Positions 53,201 through 63,829 of a stretch of 64,000 bases of DNA are shown here, piece after piece. Position 1 is the first letter of the stretch; each line of letters starts with the position of its first letter. This stretch comes from Naegleria gruberi (taxonomy: Eukaryota), in NCBI GenBank assembly GCA_000004985.1, contig GG738922.1. The stretch is one strand, 5' to 3'. The position numbers were made by a program, and so were the translations under genes. Below the pieces are notes generated by a model. It was not told the DNA's origin. It did no database searches and saw only the letters and a list, made by a program, of their open reading frames with translations.

Positions 53201-53611
53201 CCAATGATGCGATTGTTAGAGTATTGTTACATGGATGAATTTTACATTTATTTTGCAAAGGAAAGTGACGATTTGTTAAATGAAAGATTTCTCAAGCCAC
53301 AAATGAACTTGACAAAATTGGAAAGTGCTCGATGTTTCATTTACAAATTTCTTGGAAAGAATCAAACTGGGAAAGTGTTTGGATCTCAATATTTGGTGGA
53401 TAATATTCTCTCAATTATTGTATCAAAAGTGAAAAGTTATGAACTATCTCCAAAACAATTTATTCCTTATTGGTGCTTAATATTCTCATTCATATTATAT
53501 ACCATTGATGGTGATATTGGAATACCCAAAGAATTGATCAAACACTATCCCAATTTCATTTCAAACAAATATTGTCACTCATTGACAAACATCCATCCTG
53601 GATACGTATGA
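53201..53611 (+). CDS. Hypothetical protein
   Basis: The ORF 53168..53611 starts at GTG; the first ATG is at 53201. No motifs. Confidence 0.2.
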   Translation, partial: PMMRLLEYCYMDEFYIYFAKESDDLLNERFLKPQMNLTKLESARCFIYKFLGKNQTGKVFGSQYLVDNILSIIVSKVKSYELSPKQFIPYWCLIFSFILYTIDGDIGIPKELIKHYPNFISNKYCHSLTNIHPGYV

Positions 53612-53949
53612 GTCAAATCCTCCACCATTAGGAAATACTCCACATGAAATTACATCCCAAATGGAATTACTTTCGCAATTCAATACCTTCTCTATTATCC
53701 AATTTATTTGTCGTTAATCCTACTGTTTCAACATGAATGATAATGAAAAACTGCAAATCAATCATCTTTCCTTTTCCAGAATTTGCAAATTCATGAATAA
53801 TAATAATAATATGGATATGAACTCATAAAAGTTATTGTGGATTACAAATTTAAAAGACCTTTCCAAATTATTGATAATGATCATGCCGATCACTTTCTCA
53901 ATTAATGGCAATTGCACATTATCATCATCATCATGAATTTATTCCTATT

Positions 53950-54132
53950 TTATTTTCTATATTTATAATACCAAAACATGCCCAATGCAACAAGTGAAAT
54001 TCCAAAATAGGCAATCAGGAATTGATTGGCTCTTTCTTTTCTCTTTTTAATATCGTCGAGTGTTTTTTTGAAAGATTCCGACTCGGCCAAAAGCTCCTCA
54101 TCAGTATTTTCTATGGTCTTTGATAGATCCAT
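53950..54132 (-). CDS. Hypothetical small C-terminally anchored protein
   Basis: 60-codon ATG ORF with a single C-terminal TM 'FLIAYFGISLVALGMFWYY'; weak. Confidence 0.2.
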   Translation of the reverse strand: MDLSKTIENTDEELLAESESFKKTLDDIKKRKERANQFLIAYFGISLVALGMFWYYKYRK

Positions 54133-54315
54133 TTTTTTTTAATTTCTGATGTTTAAATTTAATTTTGAAAAACTTTACAATACTTTACAATGGAACTTTG
54201 TTTGAACTAATTCATCTCATTAAGAGCTCTGGAGCAGTTGTGAAAAGATCAGGAGCAGTTGGCTGAATGACATTTTTGTGTCAGCACTCAAAATAAAAGA
54301 AAAAAAAAGAGAAAA

Positions 54316-55827
54316 ATGAAGAGAAGCGAATTTTCAGCAATTCCTGATGAAGTTATCTTTCATAGAATTCTTCCGTATTTCGAATATAGATGGATACTAA
54401 ATGTTGGAAGATTAGTTTGTAAATATTGGAATGAAAATTACAAATCAATAGAAACTTTCGACTTTTCTGTCAATTATTACGGAAATGATAATTATTGGGA
54501 AAGATTATTGAATGATGTGCATTCTGGCGAATTAGAAAAAGTAACGGGATTGAATTTTCGATTACCACTTGCATGGAATTATGATTTGGAATTGCAACAA
54601 AAATTAATTACCAAATTAAGTAATTTGAAAGAATTGTCTTTAGGCCCATGTGCATGTGAATATCCCTTGATTATGACTAAATTGGAACATTTGGAAAGGG
54701 TTGTTTTAAATTTGAGATACATTAACATTGTTGAATTTTTGAAAAATTGCAAATCAAAAATCAAATCCTTTGACATTTCAAGTGTGGAATACAAACAAGA
54801 TTTCAGTTTTGATATTGAATGGCCATTAGAACACCTCTCTGTCTCTGGTCTCTCCACAAATTCATGGATTTCCTTGTTGAACAGCAAATTTGCAAGGAAT
54901 TCCTTAAAAAGTCTAAAGATTTGTAATTGTGGAATACTTCCAAATGAGGCAGTGTTTGATTTGATTGGAAATTTGGATTGTCTGACCGAGTTGGATTGTT
55001 CTGAAAAAGTTTTATGGAAACACATGAGAAAAATTGGGAAATTGAAGAAATTGACTTGCAATAAGGTGTTTCGTGGGGCAGAATCTGAATTGGACTTGTC
55101 ATTATTAACAAATTTGGAATACTTATGTTTAATGAGTAATGATTTGGTGGGAAGTTCATTTAAACATTTACAAAATATGAATCATCTCACGGAATTAATA
55201 TTGGCCAATAACAAAATAGAAAATGCTGCTGCTTTGAGCTCTGTCACTAGCTTGACTCATTTGGATCTTTCGAATAATTATATTCGAGATGAAGGATTGA
55301 AAGATTTTTGCCAACTTGTTAATTTGAAATATCTATCGTTGGAATACAATCAAATTGGCAGTATTGGAGCTAATTATCTTTCCAAGATTGTCCAGCTAGA
55401 GCAATTGAATCTTGCACGTAATTATATTGGAGAAATAGGTGTGGAAAATTATGGAAATTTACAAGCATTGAGAATTCTGAATTTGAATGCAAATAATATT
55501 GGAGATGGATTGAAATTCCTGGCTTGTTGTAACTCCTTGAATCAGTTATATGTTGCCTCGAACAAAATTAGTAGTAAGGGATTAATTGATTTTTGCAAAG
55601 TTTCAATGCCAAATTTGAAAGTATTGACCATTTCTAATAATAATGTTGGAAAGGCAGTTGCTCTGTTGGTATGTTTTAAAGGGACAGAAGTGAGAGCAGA
55701 TAACTGTAATATTGGATTGACTGATGCTGTGCAATATGTGGCAGAAAAAGGCATATCCAGTTTCTCAAACCAATTAATCAACACAAAGAACAAATTATTA
55801 TCAATATTCGATTCCTCAATGTTTTAA
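54316..55827 (+). CDS. F-box / RNI-type leucine-rich-repeat protein
   Basis: F-box 'IPDEVIFHRILPYFEYRWILNVGRLVCKYWNENY'. C-terminal LRRs 'LTHLDLSNNYIRDEGLKDF...LKYLSLEYNQIGSIGANYL'. Confidence 0.7.
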   Translation: MKRSEFSAIPDEVIFHRILPYFEYRWILNVGRLVCKYWNENYKSIETFDFSVNYYGNDNYWERLLNDVHSGELEKVTGLNFRLPLAWNYDLELQQKLITKLSNLKELSLGPCACEYPLIMTKLEHLERVVLNLRYINIVEFLKNCKSKIKSFDISSVEYKQDFSFDIEWPLEHLSVSGLSTNSWISLLNSKFARNSLKSLKICNCGILPNEAVFDLIGNLDCLTELDCSEKVLWKHMRKIGKLKKLTCNKVFRGAESELDLSLLTNLEYLCLMSNDLVGSSFKHLQNMNHLTELILANNKIENAAALSSVTSLTHLDLSNNYIRDEGLKDFCQLVNLKYLSLEYNQIGSIGANYLSKIVQLEQLNLARNYIGEIGVENYGNLQALRILNLNANNIGDGLKFLACCNSLNQLYVASNKISSKGLIDFCKVSMPNLKVLTISNNNVGKAVALLVCFKGTEVRADNCNIGLTDAVQYVAEKGISSFSNQLINTKNKLLSIFDSSMF

Positions 55828-55893
55828 AGTCAATTTCAGGTGATATTGAGGAGATGGCAATGATGTGATTTAATAATTATTAAACAAAATAAT

Positions 55894-58275
55894 TTATTTA
55901 CTATTATTATTTTGTTTAATTCGATGTCCACATAGAAATCCCAACCTAAAGCCCTCCACAACAAGATCCATATCCCTAGCTTCTCTTATTTGTGATTGAA
56001 TATTTTGGAATAGATCAGCAAAATCCTTTTCAGTACTGCAGATATTTCTCAATATTGTCAAGTATTCTACGAGGGCTGGATTTGATCTCATTGTGGAACC
56101 ATTATTTTGTTGTTGAGATTGTTGTTGTTGAACATTTTGATTGTTATCCATTATTGTTACAAAATTATTGTTTACAAATCCTAGTTGATTGTTATTTTCA
56201 TTAACTCGCTGAAAATTATTGCCATTATTTGTTTGTAACATGGCTGATTGAATATTTCCAAAATTGATATTCATTGCATTATTAACCTGCAATTGGCTGT
56301 GATTAGAAATTGAATTTGAATTGGTAGAGTATTCTGAATTTCTTCGTTGTTGTTGTACAAAGAGTGGTACTGTAGTTGCTGATTTTGGTGATGGTGGTGT
56401 CAAATTTTGATAATTGTTGGCAACTGGTGATACCTTTTGCGTATTATTATTTGTACCCAAAGGTTTATCCAAATTGGCAAGAAGTCTGGACAAGTAACTT
56501 GGATCGAATAATTGAGAGCTACCTGGCGGGCTATTTGTCCTATTTTGATTATTCATTGGATTACCATTTGTAGCAGTATTCACTACTCCATTTGTCGTTA
56601 TGCTCAGTGGTAGTGCAGAGCTGCATGTTGATGGTGGTGGTAATGATACATTGGAAGTATTTGGAATAGATGATGCAGATACTTGATTAGAAGCAGTAAT
56701 ACTGCTGGTTGTTGTGGTTGCTGCTGTTACAGATGGAATATTAGCAGTTGAGGTCGTTGTTGTTGTTGGATTTTCTTCCTTATCATCATTCTTCTTCTTC
56801 TTTGGTTTCCTCTTTGATTTGGTTAGTGAGCTGGAACTACCCAATGATCTTTTTAATGAAGGAAGATGAACGCCCTCTTGTTGTGCCTTCTTTTTCAAGT
56901 GGGTTCTATACTTTTGCAAGTGGGATTTGATATGTGTGGTTGTGAGAAAGTCCACATTCATAATCTTTTTAATTTCCTTTGGTCTTGCATCGTAAACTCC
57001 CAAACTCTCAACCACTTGTACAAAGTGTTGATGTAATTCATCAGACCACATTAACCTGTCCTTAATTCTTCGTTTTCTTTTGGTGGTTGTTTCTTCTTGA
57101 TTTCCACCACCACTGTCACTTCTCCTTCTGCCCTTCTTCTTTTCTGATGGTTCATCTGCAGCATTAGCTTCGAGCTTTTCGTTACTCGAACATGTTGATG
57201 AGGACTCTGATGAACTATGAGAAGAAATAGGAGAAGAAGACCTCATGGTGTGTGGAATGTCGAATATGTCTGAAAAACTAAAGTGCTCCGACTGATTAAA
57301 TCCTTGTTGCATGCCATTTCCATTGGCAGCAGCCATGTTCATCGAAGAAGCATTTGAATCCTTTCCCATGTGGTTCAAATCATTCTCTGTCATTATGTTT
57401 GCTTCAAAATTGGTGTTTGTTTGGTGTTGTTGCATGTTCGGATTAATATTATTACCCACTACTACATGTTGCATATCGAAAGGCGAAGCTCCTTCGAGAA
57501 GAGATGGATTATTCAGGAGTAGTCTTAGCATGGCTTCTGTATCATTATTTGCATTGTTGTGGAATGTCACTGAATTGGTGCTTGTTATTGTAGTGGCTGC
57601 AGTATTGTTGTTATTGTTATTAAAACTAAGAGATGGTGATGATGTATGATTGCCATTCACCATCTGTAAATGATTGTTAGAGTTTGATGCACCACTGTTG
57701 TTGTTAGTTGAAACAGTGTTATTATTAAACATGGATTGGAACAATGATGAGGCATGCTGGTGTTGTTGTTGCATCAATAGTGTCGAAGAGTTGGTATTCA
57801 AATTATTATTATTGATAGTAGCAGAAGTAGAGGCACCTGATGATGATGATGCAACAGGCAGTGTTGAGGTATTGTTATTGTTATTATTATTATTTGATGG
57901 AGAAAGTTGAAGTAATTGCTGGATGGACAAGTCAACGACACGATTCGCATTAGATAATTCTAGAGAGGTAACAGGATTGCCAGGTTTAATAGATTGACTG
58001 CCTATCATGGTGGGGTTTGCTCCTTCTGGAAAGCCTTGATTGTTAAGAGTTGCCGAAAAGTGTTGTTGTTGTTGTGGATGGTACAAGATATTGTTGGGTG
58101 ATGGCATTGAGGAATGCTGCTGTTGATGTTGCATGGAAGATGCTGTTCTTTGCAAATATATGGATTGAAAGGAAGCTGGTTGTTGTTGCTGCTGTTGGGA
58201 AGTAGATGGAAGTTGGGTGGATAACAATGTTCTGTTATTAGTGTTATTATTCCTGGGAGAACCACTTCCACCCAT
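55894..58275 (-). CDS. SHAQKYF-class (GARP-like) Myb transcription factor with long poly-Q/poly-N tracts
   Basis: Myb repeat 'RLMWSDELHQHFVQVVESLGVYDARPKEIKKIMNVDFLTTTHIKSHLQKYR' lies at about 56895-57075. Extensive Q/N/S/T low-complexity sequence surrounds it. Confidence 0.75.
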   Translation of the reverse strand: MGGSGSPRNNNTNNRTLLSTQLPSTSQQQQQQPASFQSIYLQRTASSMQHQQQHSSMPSPNNILYHPQQQQHFSATLNNQGFPEGANPTMIGSQSIKPGNPVTSLELSNANRVVDLSIQQLLQLSPSNNNNNNNNTSTLPVASSSSGASTSATINNNNLNTNSSTLLMQQQHQHASSLFQSMFNNNTVSTNNNSGASNSNNHLQMVNGNHTSSPSLSFNNNNNNTAATTITSTNSVTFHNNANNDTEAMLRLLLNNPSLLEGASPFDMQHVVVGNNINPNMQQHQTNTNFEANIMTENDLNHMGKDSNASSMNMAAANGNGMQQGFNQSEHFSFSDIFDIPHTMRSSSPISSHSSSESSSTCSSNEKLEANAADEPSEKKKGRRRSDSGGGNQEETTTKRKRRIKDRLMWSDELHQHFVQVVESLGVYDARPKEIKKIMNVDFLTTTHIKSHLQKYRTHLKKKAQQEGVHLPSLKRSLGSSSSLTKSKRKPKKKKNDDKEENPTTTTTSTANIPSVTAATTTTSSITASNQVSASSIPNTSNVSLPPPSTCSSALPLSITTNGVVNTATNGNPMNNQNRTNSPPGSSQLFDPSYLSRLLANLDKPLGTNNNTQKVSPVANNYQNLTPPSPKSATTVPLFVQQQRRNSEYSTNSNSISNHSQLQVNNAMNINFGNIQSAMLQTNNGNNFQRVNENNNQLGFVNNNFVTIMDNNQNVQQQQSQQQNNGSTMRSNPALVEYLTILRNICSTEKDFADLFQNIQSQIREARDMDLVVEGFRLGFLCGHRIKQNNNSK

Positions 58276-60148
58276 AATGCCAATAGAATTTGAATTGAAT
58301 TGTTGTTGTTGTGGTGGTGTGGATTCATTGCTATATTATACTATTATATACAGCTTCAGAGTTTTGTATTTTTCAATGCGTAGTAGGGGACTAATGTTGT
58401 CTTTTTAAAATATCACACAATGATAGTTGTTTGTGAGGAAGTTATTGTTGAGGTGGAAAATCCTTGCCCGCACAATTTGGACACAATAAGGCTAGTTTTA
58501 ATAAGGAGGTAAAAAACAGATTTGGCCTTTATGAAAGAACATCACGATCGTTGTGAATGTTGTTGAGGGTATCGCACCGATATGAGTATCATCGCAATAA
58601 GGAAGAATATTTTAATCTCTATGTTTACTGTTGTAAAACTTACTCTCAATAATATAAGTGGTGTGTGTGGTGATTTCGAAAGTGCGCAAAATTATTGTTG
58701 GTACCATACACTATCAAATATTATGTTGTTGCCAAGATATATGTGAAGAAGAAAACTGCAGGTGGGTGTTGTGAGGTTTTTTTAGACTTTGAAAAGGATC
58801 TTGGAAAGCAACTAAACAAACAATTTTATCAAAGTCGTCAAGTTAAGGTTGCGAAGTTGTCGGTGAAATCTCTCTTATTTGTTTGTATGCGTAGCAACAT
58901 TAAATATATATGGAAAGTCTGGGTTCCTAAATTTATCCTTAGACCATGTGACCAGGCGCAATTATTTTTCCAATAATCGCGATGTAAAACATTTGTCTTG
59001 TAAAAATCTAATAAATTACCTACGAACTAAAACAGTTGTAATCCAATGCATTGCATCACCAAACATTGCAACTAGATCCATGTAAGGACAAATCATCCAA
59101 AGAGTTTGAATTTCGTATGGATCATGCAATATAGGAAGCAAACCTCGTTTTCAATACTGATTTGAGAATATCAGAGATACAATATATTAATTTATGAAAA
59201 ACAGTGCAATTTACGCTGCTGTTCGGTTCCCTGACTATGGTGCTTAATAAACAAGCAGAATAAAAAAAGTGTTTGCGAAATCCAACATTGCATTCATTCT
59301 GTTGCATTGATGCACCTCTTTTCTTTTATAACCGAGAGATAGCAGCCAAATATAATGATGATTCTTCATTCCGAGGTCATTTTGTAAAACGGTTAATGAT
59401 GAAAATTTGTTGTGATCATCACAAGATATTTATCGATTAATTAATATTAATTGTCCTATTGGTGTGTTATGTAAATTTACCGAAGGATTATTGTATGATC
59501 CTTGCTAGAACACACACATGTAAAGGATTTATGCATATTATAATAGTGGGACAACTAATATTGTATTTGTGATCCGAAACAAAGACATCAACATCAATGA
59601 TGCTGATGGTTGTATACTATCGGGTGTTGTTGTTGTATAAATTGATTAATAGTGGAGAATAACAATTTTAATCGAATGATGACGAAAGATTTGATGTTGG
59701 AAGAAGGAGGAGGTTGGAATCATCCATAAGGGTTTGATTGCCATTGTATTAAAAGACTCTTGAGAATTGATAATATCTATATTTCTATTTGCGGGTTGGA
59801 TCCTACCACTTTTGGTTTATTCCAGTTTCGAATAGTTAACGAACCGACTGGTAAAATATCCAATTGCTTTATATTAATTGGCATTTACACTTTCCGAGAA
59901 TGTATTTTTCAATTAATTACAGAAAGAACGCCAAGTTAAACAACTACAGTTTTTGCAACACTTCCATTCTAATTGTACAATAATTCGAAATTACTGTAGT
60001 TGAATTGAGGAATTATTCAATAATGGAATTCAAACTAACGATTGCCAACATTACACTTTAGAATGAGATTTGGACTTGTTTACAATTTATTATTATTGCT
60101 TTCAGATTTAATGGTTTGGATAGGGAAGGACTATTTCGGATATGTGAA

Positions 60149-61318
60149 ATGAAACAATTAACTAGTCTTGATATTTATGGACATTTATTTGATTATTTTA
60201 AGGTTCGGTCGAGTGATGAGAAGGAGGATGATTCCTCAACAGCAATTAAACTTCCGAACCACAACAACAATAACATATTGAACCAATCGGAAGATGTGCA
60301 TAGAATACATGATTCCGATGAAGATGAAGATGATGGGTATGGAGTTTATGATGATGAGGAAATTGATGAGGTGAAGGAAATTTGTAAAATTGATGAGAAA
60401 ATCCTTAAAGATCCAATTCAATTTATGGAAATTTTGCAAGTGGTAAGGGATTCAGTGTTGGATTATTTTGCATTGCATGAATTGGTGGAATTGCAGTTGA
60501 GTTGTAAATATTTTAATGAGATGGTGGATTTGTTTATTGTAACGAGAAGTGCAGTGTGGTGGTCTGCTTGTTGGAGGAGAACTTTCAATTACATGTATGG
60601 AGGCGAGGCAGTTAATAATCGAATAAGATTTGGGTCTATTCATTCCCATACTGAGAATACTTCAACATTCAATCATTTTTATGCCTCGTCATTATCAATT
60701 GAGGAGGAAATGAAACTATTTCCATTCGTGCTGGAAGGTAGTGAGGAGGAGGTTGCACTGGTGAAGGAGGAAGAAGAAAAAGCTGCAGCTCAACTCAAAC
60801 TCAGGAGGTATAATCCAAGAGAGTTGCAAGGTAAATTTATTGGAAAGGAGACACAGCATGAAAGTTTCAAAATTACAAAGAGTAAGGTCACAAAATTAAT
60901 GAGAAAGTCTGGACTGCTAACTCAATTCATTTCCATGAGTTATTCATCAACAGGAAAGAGTGGATCAGCAAATGGTAATTTTGATAAGCAATTTCTCACA
61001 AAGAAAGTGAAAAGGAATTACTTTGAGGAACAACAAAGATCGAAAGGTCAATCTAAACTTGTTAAGCTTGCCAATAGTTCACTAAGGTTTATTTTTTGGT
61101 CAATATTTAACAAATGGTGGTTGAAAAGCAAATCCAAGGAAGAAAAACTCATAGCACATACTTCAACCATTAATAGAAAAAGATTGGCTTCCTATGATCG
61201 TTATGGACCTGTAAATAGAACTGAAACTGTTGAATTACTTTCATTAGTTCATCAAGTAGAAGGAAAACCAGATACTATCATTGGTACCTATGTAAAACAT
61301 CACTCCTATTATGCATAA
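60149..61318 (+). CDS. Hypothetical acidic protein (5' end uncertain)
   Basis: The ORF 60116..61318 begins at TTG; the first ATG is 60149. The frame stays open upstream to an in-frame TAG (60059-60061) and encodes an LRR-like remnant. Confidence 0.45.
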   Translation: MKQLTSLDIYGHLFDYFKVRSSDEKEDDSSTAIKLPNHNNNNILNQSEDVHRIHDSDEDEDDGYGVYDDEEIDEVKEICKIDEKILKDPIQFMEILQVVRDSVLDYFALHELVELQLSCKYFNEMVDLFIVTRSAVWWSACWRRTFNYMYGGEAVNNRIRFGSIHSHTENTSTFNHFYASSLSIEEEMKLFPFVLEGSEEEVALVKEEEEKAAAQLKLRRYNPRELQGKFIGKETQHESFKITKSKVTKLMRKSGLLTQFISMSYSSTGKSGSANGNFDKQFLTKKVKRNYFEEQQRSKGQSKLVKLANSSLRFIFWSIFNKWWLKSKSKEEKLIAHTSTINRKRLASYDRYGPVNRTETVELLSLVHQVEGKPDTIIGTYVKHHSYYA

Positions 61319-61357
61319 ATATATCTCAAATAATTGTAAATAGAATTAAAAACAATT

Positions 61358-62122
61358 TTAATTCTTCTTCTTTCTGGTATTGGAAAGTGGATAGAGAGGT
61401 TCAGGATATTTTGCCAGATAATTCTTGACATATTCATCCAATTCTCCAGCTTTTTTCATTTCCAATAATTCAACAAGAGTATCACCATGACAATGACATG
61501 ATGCGTCCACTTTACACCAACATCCCAAAACTTTTCCATCAAGCTCATCCAAATCTTTCAATAAATCATCTCTTCTCAAGATGTAATCTCTATATTTCTG
61601 ACAAGCCACTTCTGCACTTCCACCACAAGTAGATACAGGATATGGATTTCCCCACTTGGATTGTGGCAAACTCCAACCACCCTTATTCAAAGCTCTTCCA
61701 ATATAAACTTCACAATCCTGAACAACTTTACCATCCTTTCTTTGTAACTTGACTACACTAGTTGTTCTTTTCAAAGATAAAGGTGTTAGTGAGGATGATA
61801 CTTTTGGAGTGCTTGTTGAAATTTCTCCCAAAGTTGTTGTTGTTATTGTTTGTAATGCTGGTTTCTGAGCAAAGAACTTGGATTTCTTCACTTGTTGTTG
61901 TTGAGTAGTCTTACCAGATGATGATGATGATTCCGATTCGGAGGTAGCAGTAGATTTAAATGGTCGCTTTTGATTTGCTGATTTTACATTATTTTGCTTC
62001 TGTTGTTGCTGAGAAGTTGTACTTGATGAAGAGGAAGTAGATGATGATGATGAACTTTGATTGGCAGAAGTAGTACCAGCAGCAGGAACCGAAAAGAAAT
62101 TAAAGGATCGTTGTTGAGACAT
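61358..62122 (-). CDS. DUF4326-like domain protein with S/T/Q-rich N-terminus
   Basis: C-terminal 'KWGNPYPV...EVACQKYRDYIL...LGCWCKVDASCHCHGDTLVELL' resembles the DUF4326 W-G-N-P...C-W-C...C-H-G-D signature. Confidence 0.5.
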   Translation of the reverse strand: MSQQRSFNFFSVPAAGTTSANQSSSSSSTSSSSSTTSQQQQKQNNVKSANQKRPFKSTATSESESSSSSGKTTQQQQVKKSKFFAQKPALQTITTTTLGEISTSTPKVSSSLTPLSLKRTTSVVKLQRKDGKVVQDCEVYIGRALNKGGWSLPQSKWGNPYPVSTCGGSAEVACQKYRDYILRRDDLLKDLDELDGKVLGCWCKVDASCHCHGDTLVELLEMKKAGELDEYVKNYLAKYPEPLYPLSNTRKKKN

Positions 62123-62800
62123 TTTTTGAAGATTGTTTTTTAATATCTACACAAGTTCACATCTGAAATAGTTGGTGAGAAGAGAGGTAAACTTTGAAAT
62201 TGAAATGTCATAATCTTAATGACTCAACTTCTAATAAGATCTAGAGACTGCATGAATACATGGTCGTAGAATCATAGGGAAAGATAGGCCATGTAGAACT
62301 ATTAAGGACAGACAGATTGTTATTATGTTGAGCAGCTGAATTTTTAATAAATAATTTATTAATATTGTTGTTGAACAGTGGTAGTTTGAACTGTTTGTTG
62401 AACGTATGCTTGTGGAGGAACATACCCAACAATAGGTTGTTGAACAATGACTGGTTGTTGGACATAGACAGGTTGTTGGGCCATAACTGGTTGAGCAGTG
62501 GTGGTAATGACAACTTGCTTTTGATTGTTATATTTGAGATTGCAACCATCAACCATACCAGGAATCAGAACTGTTTAAATATTAATAGTAAAATTATGAA
62601 TATTGTTCATATAACTATTGAATAGTATTAATTTACTTACTAAGATCGACCAATTGGCCAATACCGAACAAACCTCCAGTAACCAACCAGACAATACCCA
62701 AGATAAAGGAGTCCAAATAGAAACGATGCAATCCAAACAATCCAATACAACAACCTAACCAAAGAAGATACGCCTATATTCATCAAGTTATCCATACACC

Positions 62801-62826
62801 CCATCATCATCATCATCATCATCATT
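62801..62826. repeat. (CAT)8 microsatellite, encoding Met8 on the minus strand
   Basis: 'ccatcatcatcatcatcatcatcatt' read directly; it lies inside ORF 62640..62849. Confidence 0.8.
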
Positions 62827-62956
62827 GTATCAGTAAAACACAAGCACAATCATCACAAATTCATTCATAACCATGGTCAACACCTTAAACCTTCCTTAAT
62901 TTGCACTCAATAACTTACAACACCTTGTTCTCTCATTTTTTTAATCGATCTGCACT

Positions 62957-63289
62957 CTATGGTTGTGTTGCAAACAGCCATGACTGTAAAGTCTCCCTTA
63001 CAGAGTCACATTGTTGCTTGGAGAGCTTTTTTAACGGTTTGGATTGTTGGCGCCACCACAACTGTTTCTGTTGGTGGTTCATTGCATGGATTTGAGGCAA
63101 GTCCATATACAGTAGAGGGAGGAGTTTACAATGAAAAGTTTGTTGAATAAAGTTAAGGATGTCTTTATTTGAATGTGTCCATACTTGATCCAAGAATGGA
63201 ATTAAATAGAGGTAAGAAAAGTTGATTGGTTTACAAATTTTAGCATCTGAGCAAGTGCTGAGGAATTTTTCATTTGAATATAAACTCAA
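62957..63289 (-). CDS. Hypothetical protein
   Basis: 110-codon ATG ORF; no motifs. Confidence 0.2.
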   Translation of the reverse strand: MSLYSNEKFLSTCSDAKICKPINFSYLYLIPFLDQVWTHSNKDILNFIQQTFHCKLLPLLYMDLPQIHAMNHQQKQLWWRQQSKPLKKLSKQQCDSVRETLQSWLFATQP

Positions 63290-63343
63290 AAGATGATGTT
63301 TATTGACTCAATAATCTCTGCCAAATTCCTCACACTATTTAAA

Positions 63344-63829
63344 TTATGGATTGACAATGAAAATTTCACCCATTACTTCCTTCAATTCATTTACACGCGT
63401 TTCACCAAGTCTACTTCTTGAATACTCACACTGATTCACAATCTCTATTGTATCTTTTAATTGATCCAAATTGGCGTGTAACAAATAGGTAATACATGAT
63501 TCAATCTTATCTAATGAATAGGTGCTACTTGGTGAAGGTGTTTTACCCTTGAAAATCAAGCTCAATATGTCGTGAGCAATGTCTTTGATCTTTTTAGATC
63601 GATGAAGGATAGAGCTTTGTCTCTGAGTTAATTGTTGTTTTGAAGATAGTGCAACGGAAGAGGATTGAGTACTTTGAATGAGAGAAGACAATTCAGAATA
63701 CAATTCTCTTAAAGCAGCCAAACATGGATTATGAGAGTTTGGATTATTGTTTATAATTAGTGGTTCAACATATTCTCTGCTTCTTGAAAGAATGTTGGAA
63801 TCAACAGAGTCTTGTTTAGTTTCTACCAT
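63344..63829 (-). CDS. Hypothetical protein
   Basis: 161-codon ATG ORF with plausible AT-rich flanks. Confidence 0.4.
   Translation of the reverse strand: MVETKQDSVDSNILSRSREYVEPLIINNNPNSHNPCLAALRELYSELSSLIQSTQSSSVALSSKQQLTQRQSSILHRSKKIKDIAHDILSLIFKGKTPSPSSTYSLDKIESCITYLLHANLDQLKDTIEIVNQCEYSRSRLGETRVNELKEVMGEIFIVNP

Noticed and set aside
59340-59760. TGATGA (C-box-like) motifs in the 1.8-kb intergenic region that might indicate a box C/D snoRNA
   Set aside because: I could not pair them with a properly spaced CTGA D box, terminal stem or rRNA-complementary guide. The motif is frequent by chance in AT-rich DNA.
62241-62556. Overlapping small ORFs 62241..62552 and 62359..62556 (Q/P/V-rich) as an independent gene or second exon of the poly-Met ORF
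   Set aside because: Mutually overlapping frames in low-complexity CAA/CCA-rich sequence; no phase-compatible splice junction to 62640..62849 was found.
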